Source: an uncultured Bifidobacterium sp.
GTDB taxonomy: Bacteria > Bacteroidota > Bacteroidia > AKYH767-A > OLB10
DNA length: 64,000 nt
Direction of reading: 5' to 3'
Assembly (NCBI GenBank): GCA_964534995.1
Contig: CAZHSC010000007.1
Span: 2,570 to 66,569 of the forward strand
The translations under genes and the position numbers were made by a program. The notes below the pieces were generated by a model that saw only the letters and a list, made by a program, of their open reading frames with translations, was not told the origin of the DNA and searched no databases. Shown piece after piece: positions 48,797 through 57,184 of the stretch; within the stretch, counting starts at the first letter, position 1; each line of letters begins with the position of its first letter.

Positions 48797-49312
48797 ATGA
48801 CGAATCAGGTGAAAAAACATTTTATACTCGGTCTGGTGTTGCTATTCCCGTTATCAGCCTTTACGCAACACATCATCATTACAAAAAACGGAGAGCGTCT
48901 GAACGGTGAACTGCAACGTATTGAAGACAATACAGTCACTTTTTTTCATAAAGGCAGTACCGTCACTTTCCAGCTTGGTCAGATTAAATCTATCGATTTT
49001 GAAGGGGACCCCGGAACCGGCAGCAGCCAGGTAAACACCGGGCAGAAAGGGATAAGTTTCGTAATGCCCGGCCGGAAACTCATTAAGCAGCCTAAAGTTG
49101 ACAATTTAACGATGGAGCGGGGCATCGTGGTGGTGGCCATCACCATTAATAAATACGGAGATGTGGTTAAAGCGGATCCGGGTGTGGAAGGAACCACTAC
49201 CACCAGCCAATACCTGCTTACCAAAGGGAAGCAAGCGGCAGAAAGTGCCAAATTTGATGGAGGAACCACAATGCCCCTCGAACAGAAAGGCACCATTACG
49301 GTTACATTTTAA
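48797..49312 (+). CDS. Secreted protein with a TonB C-terminal-like domain
   Basis: The ATG at 48797 gives MTNQVKKHFILGLVLLFPLSAFTQ (signal peptide). The C-terminal ~70 aa (GIVVVAITINKYGDVVKADPG...AAESAKFDGG...QKGTITVTF) resemble the TonB_C fold pattern. There is no Pro-rich spacer. Confidence 0.55.
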   Translation: MTNQVKKHFILGLVLLFPLSAFTQHIIITKNGERLNGELQRIEDNTVTFFHKGSTVTFQLGQIKSIDFEGDPGTGSSQVNTGQKGISFVMPGRKLIKQPKVDNLTMERGIVVVAITINKYGDVVKADPGVEGTTTTSQYLLTKGKQAAESAKFDGGTTMPLEQKGTITVTF

Positions 49313-49365
49313 CCGGCAGCATTCAGCCGTTGTGGCTGGTCCACCTTTGCACCAGGACTACTTTT

Positions 49366-50982
49366 TCACTCCTCCCATATCACTTCGGTAATGGTATAGC
49401 CGGCCTGCACTGTACTTCTCCTGCAAAACTCCGGGCGCATAATGATGATATCATTCATCCCTTTCTGATGAAATATTATTTCCTGGTTTAACACCCTGGT
49501 AGCATCTTTTTTATGAAAAACGGTAATGTAAGGTATGCTATGTGTACTATCCTGCAAATGATACTGATCTCCTTTTACTTTTACTTCCTGTGTATTATTA
49601 AAACAAAGATTGGGTTGATTAATCAATTGTAGCGCCCTGCCGGCCAACGGCACCCCATAACCAATATAGGTATTTCCATAGGGATACAGATGCGACGAAC
49701 GCAGTATAATATCTTTTAATTCGGATGCCGTTAAAGCAGGGTTGATTTCGAGCAGGCATGCGGCAAATCCACACACTGCAGGGGCCGACAAGGAAGTTCC
49801 CTGCGCCGAATAGGCGGCAACATCAGGTTTTAGATAGGAATTGTAATCAGGCCCCGTACCACTGTAGCCGGCCTTTTCATACCTGTTGAGAACAGCTCCC
49901 ACCGTAATCGCTCCTTCCGCATCGGCAGGTGTGTTTATTACCTTCCATCTTTTTTTATCACCATCGTTGCCGGCCGCCACCACCACCAGCATGTTCTTGT
50001 GTACTGAAGCGATGTTAACAGCTTGCGCAATCATGCTGGTACCATTCATATCAGCAGGTGAGTAATTCTGTCCTCTTAATTTTCGTCCCCTGCCATAGCC
50101 CAGTGAAGTATTTACAATCCTTACACCCTTTTCTGCCATCCATTCCAAAGCAGCAACATAATAATCTTCTTCCTCCCTGAACTCCCTTCTTCCATCTTCC
50201 GTTCTGGCCAGGTAATAGATCGATTCGGATGCCATACCCTGGATATTGGTGGGGAAGGCAGTATATCCGGCAATGGATTTAAGCACTTCCGTACCGTGAT
50301 AATGAGGCAATAACCTGATGTCACGTATCAGTCGGAAAAACCAGTTCTTATACACCTTCATTGGCTTCTTCCTGCCGGAATAAAAGGTCTCTGTATACGA
50401 CAGTGTGTCCATATCTTTTACAAAATCCCTCGTGGCAGATATGCGACGGTCACGCCACAAATGGGACAGGCCGGGTGACTTCAGCGAATCGTTGAGATAG
50501 AGGAAACCTGCATCCGTTACACCAATCTTTACCCCGAATCCCTTTAAACCACGCCTGAAAAAAGCATTTGCCTGCATCTGTGACAAAGCCTTTGAATAGT
50601 TTACCTCAGCAGCTTCCGCGCTGGCAGAAACCTTTAATTTTAACACCGGAGTAATTGTAAAATGGAAATCTGAGCGGGACAATTTTTCTAAATCCTTTCT
50701 TCCTGCAAAAACGCTGAATGCATTTAACCAGGAAGAAGTACAACGTACCGTCAGGCCAAGGTCTTTTGCAGTTTCCAATAAGCATATCAAGTCCCCTGGC
50801 TTCTCAGGCTGCACCCATACTGCACGTTGTGAAACCGTAGTGCCAGGTAGAAATAAAAGAAACGAGATAATCAGAAGAAAAATACATTTCCGGTAAATCC
50901 TGAATGCGCAAAATCTCTCATTTGAGGTAGAATTAAGATTCTGATCATGCAGGTGTCTGATTTTTATAAATGCCAGCGTCAC
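49366..50982 (-). CDS. S8-family serine peptidase (no T9SS CTD)
   Basis: 538 aa with a GTG start in the track. Signal-like stretch CIFLLIISFLLFLPGTTVSQ. Catalytic contexts are GVTDAGF, HGTEVLKSIAG and GTSLSAPAVCGFAA. The start is uncertain: a TAATTTTG box at 50987-50994 (minus) sits only 4 nt from the GTG. Confidence 0.8.
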   Translation of the reverse strand: MTLAFIKIRHLHDQNLNSTSNERFCAFRIYRKCIFLLIISFLLFLPGTTVSQRAVWVQPEKPGDLICLLETAKDLGLTVRCTSSWLNAFSVFAGRKDLEKLSRSDFHFTITPVLKLKVSASAEAAEVNYSKALSQMQANAFFRRGLKGFGVKIGVTDAGFLYLNDSLKSPGLSHLWRDRRISATRDFVKDMDTLSYTETFYSGRKKPMKVYKNWFFRLIRDIRLLPHYHGTEVLKSIAGYTAFPTNIQGMASESIYYLARTEDGRREFREEEDYYVAALEWMAEKGVRIVNTSLGYGRGRKLRGQNYSPADMNGTSMIAQAVNIASVHKNMLVVVAAGNDGDKKRWKVINTPADAEGAITVGAVLNRYEKAGYSGTGPDYNSYLKPDVAAYSAQGTSLSAPAVCGFAACLLEINPALTASELKDIILRSSHLYPYGNTYIGYGVPLAGRALQLINQPNLCFNNTQEVKVKGDQYHLQDSTHSIPYITVFHKKDATRVLNQEIIFHQKGMNDIIIMRPEFCRRSTVQAGYTITEVIWEE

Positions 50983-51135
50983 AATACAAAATTAGGCTTT
51001 ATGACGAAATGTCGCAACAAAGCCAATACTTAGGAATATGTGACAGGTGTTTCCGGCAAAAACTGCCATAATTACCCCATTAAAGGAGTTTAATGGTTTT
51101 GGGTTATTCTTTGATATATCGAAAAAAAATAAATT

Positions 51136-53751
51136 ATGAATTTCAATCAATTTACGACCAAATCGCAGGAAGTAATCCAGGAAGCACAGCAAATTGCCTC
51201 CACCTCGGGACATCAGGCTATTGAACCCGGTCATCTGCTGATGGCGATGATAATAAGTGATGAACATGTTATTCCCTTTTTGCTGAAAAAACTAAACGTA
51301 AACATTGTTCAACTTAAGAAGGAGTTGGAGGTTATAATTTCATCTTATCCCAAAGTCAGTGGAGGGACACCCTATCTGGGCAATGACGCACAGGCGGCCT
51401 TACAAAGAGCGATCTCCTTGATAAAAGATTTCAAAGATGAGTTCGTGTCGTTGGAGCATTTGCTGCTGGGTCTTCTTTCCGGAAAAGATCAGGTTGCCAG
51501 GCTCCTTAAGCAATCGGGAGTAAATGAGGCCGACCTCAGAATGGCCATAAAGGAAATTCGCAAAGGATCCAGGGTGACTTCAGCAGGTGCTGAAGAAACC
51601 TATAATTCGCTGGAAAAATACGCCCGAAACCTGAATCAGCTGGCACGCGAAGGGAAGCTGGATCCTGTAATCGGCCGTGATGAAGAAATCAGGCGCGTGT
51701 TGCAAATCCTTTCCCGCAGGACCAAAAACAATCCGGTACTCATTGGTGAACCCGGTGTGGGTAAAACAGCGATAGCCGAAGGACTTGCGCATCGTATTAT
51801 TAACGGTGACGTACCTGAGAATTTAAAGACCAAAGTAATTTATTCGCTGGACATGGGTGCGCTGATTGCAGGCGCCAAATACAAAGGGGAGTTCGAAGAG
51901 CGACTGAAGGCAGTGGTAAAAGAGGTCATCAGCGCGGAGGGGGAAATTATACTTTTTATTGATGAGATACATACCCTTGTTGGCGCCGGTGGTGGCGGGG
52001 AGGGAGCAATGGATGCTGCCAATATCCTGAAGCCTGCCCTTGCCAGGGGAGAATTGCGTTCCATTGGTGCCACTACCCTGAATGAATATCAGAAGTATAT
52101 AGAAAAAGACAAGGCGCTGGAACGCAGGTTTCAAAAGGTTATGGTGGAAGAGCCGGATGTTAAGGATGCCATTTCCATTTTAAGAGGATTGAAAGAACGC
52201 TATGAAACACACCACAAGGTGCGCATTAAAGATGAAGCCATCATTGCCGCCGTTGAATTAAGCGACCGGTATATTTCAGACAGATTTCTGCCGGATAAGG
52301 CCATCGACCTGATGGATGAAGCAGCGGCCAAATTACGCCTGGAAATGGACAGTGTTCCTGAAGAACTGGATGAAATTCAACGCAGGATCATGCAGCTTGA
52401 AATTGAACGCGCCGCCATTAAACGGGAAGGCGATACTAAAAAATTATCAGAGCTCAGCAAAACACTGGCCAACCTGAACGAAGAAAGAAATACCATCAAG
52501 GCCCGTTGGGATGCCGAAAAGGAAATTATCAATACCATTACCCAAACCAGGGAAAGCATTGAACATTTAAAGACAGAAGCAGAACAGGCAGAACGTGCCG
52601 GCGATTATGGCAAGGTAGCCGAAATCCGTTACGGAAAAATCAAAAATGCCGAGGAAATATTGCAGCAAAGCCAGGCTAAATTACTGGATGCTCAAAAAAG
52701 CAAGGCAATGATCAAGGAAGAAGTAGACAGCGAGGATATCGCGGAAGTAGTGAGCCGCTGGACCGGTATTCCGGTAAAAAGAATGCTGCAAAGCGAAAGA
52801 GAAAAGCTATTGCACCTGGAAGATGAACTGCACAAGCGGGTAGTTGGACAGGAAGATGCCATCGCGGCTTTGTCGGATGCTGTCAGAAGAAGCAGGGCCG
52901 GATTACAGGATGTAAAACGACCGATTGGAAGTTTCATATTCCTGGGCACCACCGGTGTTGGTAAAACTGAACTCGCCAAAGCACTGGCTGAATTCCTCTT
53001 CAACGACGAAAACGCCATGACCCGTATTGATATGAGCGAGTACCAGGAAAGGCATAGTGTAAGCCGCCTGATAGGAGCGCCTCCGGGATACGTCGGCTAC
53101 GATGAAGGCGGTCAACTCACCGAATCAGTAAGACGCAGACCTTACTCGGTTGTATTACTGGATGAAATAGAAAAAGCCCACCCCGATGTTTTCAATATCC
53201 TCTTACAGGTACTTGATGATGGCAGACTGACCGATAACAAAGGACGTATCGCTAACTTCAAAAATACCATTATCATCATGACCTCCAATATCGGGGCTCA
53301 TCTGATTCAGGAGAATATGGAAAAAATGACTGACAAAAATAAAGAGTCAGTGCTTTCAAAAACCAGGCTGGAGGTGTTCGAATTACTGAAAAAAACCATC
53401 CGTCCCGAATTCCTGAACAGGATTGATGAAATAATCATGTTTAATCCGCTCACAAGAGATGAAATACATGAAATTGTACAGCTTCAGTTTAATGCTATCG
53501 CGAAAATGTTGTTGGCAAACGACATTCACATCAGTATCACAGCGGATGCCATCGACTGGTTGTCGCAATTGGGATATGACCCGCAATTTGGTGCAAGGCC
53601 ACTGAAAAGGGTGATGCAAAAAAGGGTGCTCAATGAGCTCAGCAAACAAATTCTCTCCGGCACCATTTCTAAAGACAGCTCCATAGAAATTAGTATTGAC
53701 AAGAATACTAATTTCATATTCAGAAATGTTGCTGAAAAAGTAGAAGTATAA
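51136..53751 (+). CDS. clpB: ATP-dependent chaperone/disaggregase ClpB
   Basis: 871 aa. It has a Clp_N repeat, two AAA+ modules ([20 protein letters not shown]) and a long coiled-coil middle domain between them. Confidence 0.97.
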   Translation: MNFNQFTTKSQEVIQEAQQIASTSGHQAIEPGHLLMAMIISDEHVIPFLLKKLNVNIVQLKKELEVIISSYPKVSGGTPYLGNDAQAALQRAISLIKDFKDEFVSLEHLLLGLLSGKDQVARLLKQSGVNEADLRMAIKEIRKGSRVTSAGAEETYNSLEKYARNLNQLAREGKLDPVIGRDEEIRRVLQILSRRTKNNPVLIGEPGVGKTAIAEGLAHRIINGDVPENLKTKVIYSLDMGALIAGAKYKGEFEERLKAVVKEVISAEGEIILFIDEIHTLVGAGGGGEGAMDAANILKPALARGELRSIGATTLNEYQKYIEKDKALERRFQKVMVEEPDVKDAISILRGLKERYETHHKVRIKDEAIIAAVELSDRYISDRFLPDKAIDLMDEAAAKLRLEMDSVPEELDEIQRRIMQLEIERAAIKREGDTKKLSELSKTLANLNEERNTIKARWDAEKEIINTITQTRESIEHLKTEAEQAERAGDYGKVAEIRYGKIKNAEEILQQSQAKLLDAQKSKAMIKEEVDSEDIAEVVSRWTGIPVKRMLQSEREKLLHLEDELHKRVVGQEDAIAALSDAVRRSRAGLQDVKRPIGSFIFLGTTGVGKTELAKALAEFLFNDENAMTRIDMSEYQERHSVSRLIGAPPGYVGYDEGGQLTESVRRRPYSVVLLDEIEKAHPDVFNILLQVLDDGRLTDNKGRIANFKNTIIIMTSNIGAHLIQENMEKMTDKNKESVLSKTRLEVFELLKKTIRPEFLNRIDEIIMFNPLTRDEIHEIVQLQFNAIAKMLLANDIHISITADAIDWLSQLGYDPQFGARPLKRVMQKRVLNELSKQILSGTISKDSSIEISIDKNTNFIFRNVAEKVEV

Positions 53752-53770
53752 CGTATTGAAATGACTTCAT

Positions 53771-53814
53771 GAAAAGAGGCTGAACCTACGGGAATTCAGC
53801 CTCTTTTCATTTTA
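53771..53814 (+). terminator. Rho-independent terminator after clpB (it may also serve the convergent gene)
   Basis: Stem GAAAAGAGGCTGAA / TTCAGCCTCTTTTC (14 bp) with a 10-nt loop, followed by ATTTTAGG. Confidence 0.8.
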
Positions 53815-53861
53815 GGAAGTGTACCCGGTAGCATGATGTCTTTGCCCTGATAGTTTTTCCA

Positions 53862-54944
53862 TTAAACCCTGCCATTTGACCGGGCAAGCACGCCACACAA
53901 GTGAAAGAGCATTCGGGCTGCCACATTTCCATTCCAGTCATCTTTTCCCGGCGCTACCTCATTCAGGTCAAAACTTATTATTTTCTTTTTGGAAGCAGCA
54001 AGAGCGGAAAGGAGATAAGTAATTTCATGAAATTGAAAACCACCCGGCACAGGAGTACCTGTTGAAGGGCAAAGTTTGGGGTCAAGACCATCTATATCAA
54101 AACTGATATGTACATAAGAAGGAAGCGCCGCAATGATCGCATCGCATTGCTTCTTCCAGGATAAACCGTTAAACCTCCGGTTTTGTATATCCGAATAAGA
54201 AAATACTTTAATCCTTTTACTGTTGCGACCGACAAAACTATTCTCCTCCTCACAAAAGTCGCGTATACCCACCTGAACCAGCTTGACCACCTGTTTCAAC
54301 TGAAGCGCATTATACATGATGGAGGCATGGGAATAGGAAAACCCCTCATAGGCATTCCGAAGATCCATGTGTGCGTCGATCTGCAGGATCCCAAAGGAGG
54401 GATAACGTTGGGCCAGTGCACGAAATAAGCCCAGAGGAGTACTGTGGTCCCCACCTACTAATCCAATTAGCTTTCCCTTATCCAACCATCTTGAGGCCAT
54501 TTGGAACACCTCCTTCACCATATTCTCTGAACCGGCGTTTACACGTGCAAGTCTTTGAGTAAGGTTTCTGTCCTCATTAATTTTTTTTCCTTTAGCCAGC
54601 GCGTTAATAATTTTTGATACATCCTTCTTTAAAGCAACAGAGGTTTGCGCAATGATTTCCGGTACTTCCTCCATAGAAATGCCTGCTTTCCATAAATCCG
54701 GAAACTCCGGATGAAACAGATCTACCTGCGCGGAAGCTTCCAGAATATGAGATGGGCCATTTGATGTTCCTGCGCCATAACTTACTGTAGCTTCCCAGGG
54801 AACGGGCAGTAAAACAATTTCAGATTCTTCAGAAGTAAAGGGCAACCCAAAAATATTGGCGCTTTCCAGCGCCGGATCATTTGGATTGAATGATAATATT
54901 TTCTGCCGGCGTGAAGCGGATGGAGATTTGGTATTTTTTTTCAC
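53862..54944 (-). CDS. Arginase-superfamily hydrolase (agmatinase / formimidoylglutamase family)
   Basis: 360 aa with a GTG start. The metal-binding motifs are GGDHSTP, IDAHMDLR and SFDIDGLDP. Confidence 0.8.
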   Translation of the reverse strand: MKKNTKSPSASRRQKILSFNPNDPALESANIFGLPFTSEESEIVLLPVPWEATVSYGAGTSNGPSHILEASAQVDLFHPEFPDLWKAGISMEEVPEIIAQTSVALKKDVSKIINALAKGKKINEDRNLTQRLARVNAGSENMVKEVFQMASRWLDKGKLIGLVGGDHSTPLGLFRALAQRYPSFGILQIDAHMDLRNAYEGFSYSHASIMYNALQLKQVVKLVQVGIRDFCEEENSFVGRNSKRIKVFSYSDIQNRRFNGLSWKKQCDAIIAALPSYVHISFDIDGLDPKLCPSTGTPVPGGFQFHEITYLLSALAASKKKIISFDLNEVAPGKDDWNGNVAARMLFHLCGVLARSNGRV

Positions 54945-54958
54945 CTGTTAAATTTTAG

Positions 54959-54966
54959 CAAAGATA
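54959..54966 (-). promoter_or_regulatory. Candidate -7 box (TAnnTTTG) for the agmatinase-family gene
   Basis: TATCTTTG on the minus strand, 15 nt upstream of the GTG start and just downstream of the phoR hairpin. Confidence 0.4.
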
Positions 54967-54970
54967 AAAA

Positions 54971-55001
54971 TTCCGAAAAAGGGAAACTGTGATATCCACA
55001 G
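54971..55001 (-). terminator. Small terminator-like hairpin after phoR
   Basis: The minus strand reads CTGTG GATAT CACAG followed by TTTCCCTTTTTC. The stem is only 5 bp. Confidence 0.35.
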
Positions 55002-55017
55002 GGACTTTCAAATGGGA

Positions 55018-56067
55018 TCACTTACTTTTCGCAAGAGAGAAAGTAAAGGTAGTTCCTTGTCCGGGGGAACTGTTTACATGTATGGTTTCACAATGCGCTT
55101 CCAGTATGTGCTTTACTATAGCAAGGCCAAGGCCCGTACCGCCTTCCTCACGAGACCGGCTTTTATCAACCCTGTAAAAACGTTCAAATAAACGCGGGAG
55201 ATGTTGCTTTTCAATTCCAATTCCGGTATCTATGATATCTACAATTATTTTCTCTCCCGTATCTGTAAACTTTGCTGTGGTCAGACCATTTCGTACTCCA
55301 TATTTAACAGAGTTTACCATGAGATTTACAAGCACCTGCCGTATCAAATCCTTATCGGCAAAAACAAAAACCGGCTTTTCATCCGGATGGTCAATCATTA
55401 GTTTTATGCCCTTTTCCTTTGCCTGGAATTCGAGGCTGTCCTCTACCTCCTGCACCAGTTCGTTTATGTCAAAAGTCCTTTTTTCCACGATCAACTCACC
55501 CGCCTCCAGTTTGGAAATTGACTCAAGGTCATCTACAATACTGATGAGACGGTCAATTCCCTTACTTGCCTTATTGAGATAATGAATGTTGACATGGGCG
55601 TCTTCTATTCCTCCGTCAATAAGTGTATGGATATAACCCTGTACTGAAAATATCGGCGTTTTCAATTCATGGGACACATTACTAAGAAATTCTCTCCGGT
55701 ACGTTTCGACCTGTTTCAGGTGATCAATTTCTTCCCTTGATTCATTACTCCAGTCGATGAGGATCCGGTTTATCTCGCTGGTGATATCCTGGCCATCTTC
55801 TTTAAATGGCCTGGTGATTTCCTTGGGATTCCTGAGCAGCAGGATATGCCGGTAGATGCGTTGCAGGTTTTCAAAAATATATTTACCGTACAGAAACCTG
55901 AATGTAAAACCGTTGCATAAAAAAGCCAGCAGGAAGATGATCAGATGGACGTACCATTCAACAGGAACATCCAGCAAGCAAAACATTAAAAACTCCGACA
56001 AGGATAAAACAACAGCCAATGCCAATGAAGCCATCAAAGCTACCCGCGATGCATTTACGTGTTTCAT
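55018..56067 (-). CDS. phoR: Phosphate-regulon sensor histidine kinase PhoR-like
   Basis: 349 aa. Two N-terminal TM helices and the H-box SNVSHELKTPIFSVQGY. The PhoR-signature C-terminus LFERFYRVDKSRSREEGGTGLGLAIVKH compares with E. coli PhoR (as I recall it) ERFYRVDKARSR..GLGLAIVKH. It sits next to phoB and pst genes. Confidence 0.8.
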   Translation of the reverse strand: MKHVNASRVALMASLALAVVLSLSEFLMFCLLDVPVEWYVHLIIFLLAFLCNGFTFRFLYGKYIFENLQRIYRHILLLRNPKEITRPFKEDGQDITSEINRILIDWSNESREEIDHLKQVETYRREFLSNVSHELKTPIFSVQGYIHTLIDGGIEDAHVNIHYLNKASKGIDRLISIVDDLESISKLEAGELIVEKRTFDINELVQEVEDSLEFQAKEKGIKLMIDHPDEKPVFVFADKDLIRQVLVNLMVNSVKYGVRNGLTTAKFTDTGEKIIVDIIDTGIGIEKQHLPRLFERFYRVDKSRSREEGGTGLGLAIVKHILEAHCETIHVNSSPGQGTTFTFSLAKSK

Positions 56068-56241
56068 AATGGAAGCCTAAATTAATAAAAAAACCGACGT
56101 ATTGATTCGCTATTATGGCAGATAATGATCTGTAGCAGTAAATTCAATGGAACCGGCTCCAAATCCTGAAGGGCAATTGTCAGGTTCCGACCCTTAATAA
56201 ATATGAATACAAATGCTATGATTCGGAGATGTAGCTACGTC

Positions 56242-56928
56242 TCAAATATCAAACTTATAGCCGATTCCCTTTATTGTTTTAATGGAATCATCACCCAGTT
56301 TCTCACGGATTTTGCGTATATGCACATCGATAGTTCTGTCACCAACCACAATATCATTTCCCCAAACACGCGACAAAATATCTTCACGTGTGAAAACTTT
56401 ACCCGGTTTAGAGGTCAACAAAGCAAGCAGTTCAAACTCCTTCCTGGGAAAGGAAAGCGCATGATCCGCCTTAAAGACGAGGTAGCTTTCACGGTCAATA
56501 CGCAGGTCACCGATTTGAATGCTGGGCGCCTGAGGGGCATGGGAACCATTAACTCGTCTCAATAAAGCCTTTATCCGGCTGGTAAGAATTCTTGGTTTGA
56601 TGGGTTTGGAAATATAGTCATCCGCGCCCACATCAAAACCGGCAATCTGGGAGTACTCCTCATTTCTGGCTGTCAAAAAGGTAACCAGGGTATCATGAAG
56701 TTCCGGAATTTCACGTATGTGGCGACAGGCTTCTATACCATCCATAACAGGCATCATAATGTCAAGGATGATCAGTTGCGGACGCACCTTTCTGGCTACC
56801 TCTATCGCCTCTTTGCCGTTCTTTGCAAGAAATACCTCGTAGCCTTCCTTCTTTAAATTATACTCCATGAACTCCAGGATATCCGGTTCATCATCCACAA
56901 GAAGTATTTTCACTGAATCGTTCGCCAT
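56242..56928 (-). CDS. phoB: OmpR/PhoB-family response regulator, PhoB-like
   Basis: 228 aa. REC domain (ILLVDDEPDI, IILDIMMPVMDG, LTARNEE..GADDYISKP) plus a winged-helix domain (KEFELLALL, DRTIDVHIRKIREKL, IKGIGYKF). The context is the Pho locus. Confidence 0.8.
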   Translation of the reverse strand: MANDSVKILLVDDEPDILEFMEYNLKKEGYEVFLAKNGKEAIEVARKVRPQLIILDIMMPVMDGIEACRHIREIPELHDTLVTFLTARNEEYSQIAGFDVGADDYISKPIKPRILTSRIKALLRRVNGSHAPQAPSIQIGDLRIDRESYLVFKADHALSFPRKEFELLALLTSKPGKVFTREDILSRVWGNDIVVGDRTIDVHIRKIREKLGDDSIKTIKGIGYKFDI

Positions 56929-56975
56929 AATCTTATTTACGATGTCAAAGGTCCGTGAAGCATATTACTAAATTG

Positions 56976-56993
56976 TTAACACTGAATTAAGAC
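56976..56993 (+). promoter_or_regulatory. Candidate Pho box array A (phoB / TonB-receptor divergent region)
   Basis: TTAACAC tgaa TTAAGAC: two 7-mers 11 bp apart. A third, degenerate unit CTATATT follows in register. Confidence 0.5.
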
Positions 56994-57038
56994 AACCCTA
57001 TATTTTATAAGGCAAATATCCTGAACTTAAACTTGTTT

Positions 57039-57067
57039 CTAACATTACATTAACAATTATTCAAAAT
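57039..57067 (+). promoter_or_regulatory. Candidate Pho box array B
   Basis: CTAACAT taca TTAACAA ttat TCAAAAT: three units in exact 11-bp register. Confidence 0.55.
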
Positions 57068-57121
57068 ATTTACCCTTTTCCCTTTCCAAAAGGCAGTCTT
57101 GCCGTCGTATTTAATATTTAG

Positions 57122-57150
57122 TTAACACAGGGGTAACCTTATTTTTTCAT
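57122..57150 (+). promoter_or_regulatory. Candidate Pho box array C (promoter-proximal, 35 nt upstream of the TonB-receptor ATG)
   Basis: TTAACAC aggg GTAACCT tatt TTTTCAT: three units in exact 11-bp register. Confidence 0.55.
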
Positions 57151-57184
57151 TTAAGATAGTTCTTTGTTAAGGAATTAATTAAAG

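Noticed and set aside
50987-50994. TAATTTTG box upstream of the second S8 peptidase gene
   Set aside because: It lies only 4 nt from the GTG start given by the track, which is too close to be its promoter unless the real start is a non-ATG codon further downstream. I therefore left it as a note on start uncertainty rather than a promoter call.
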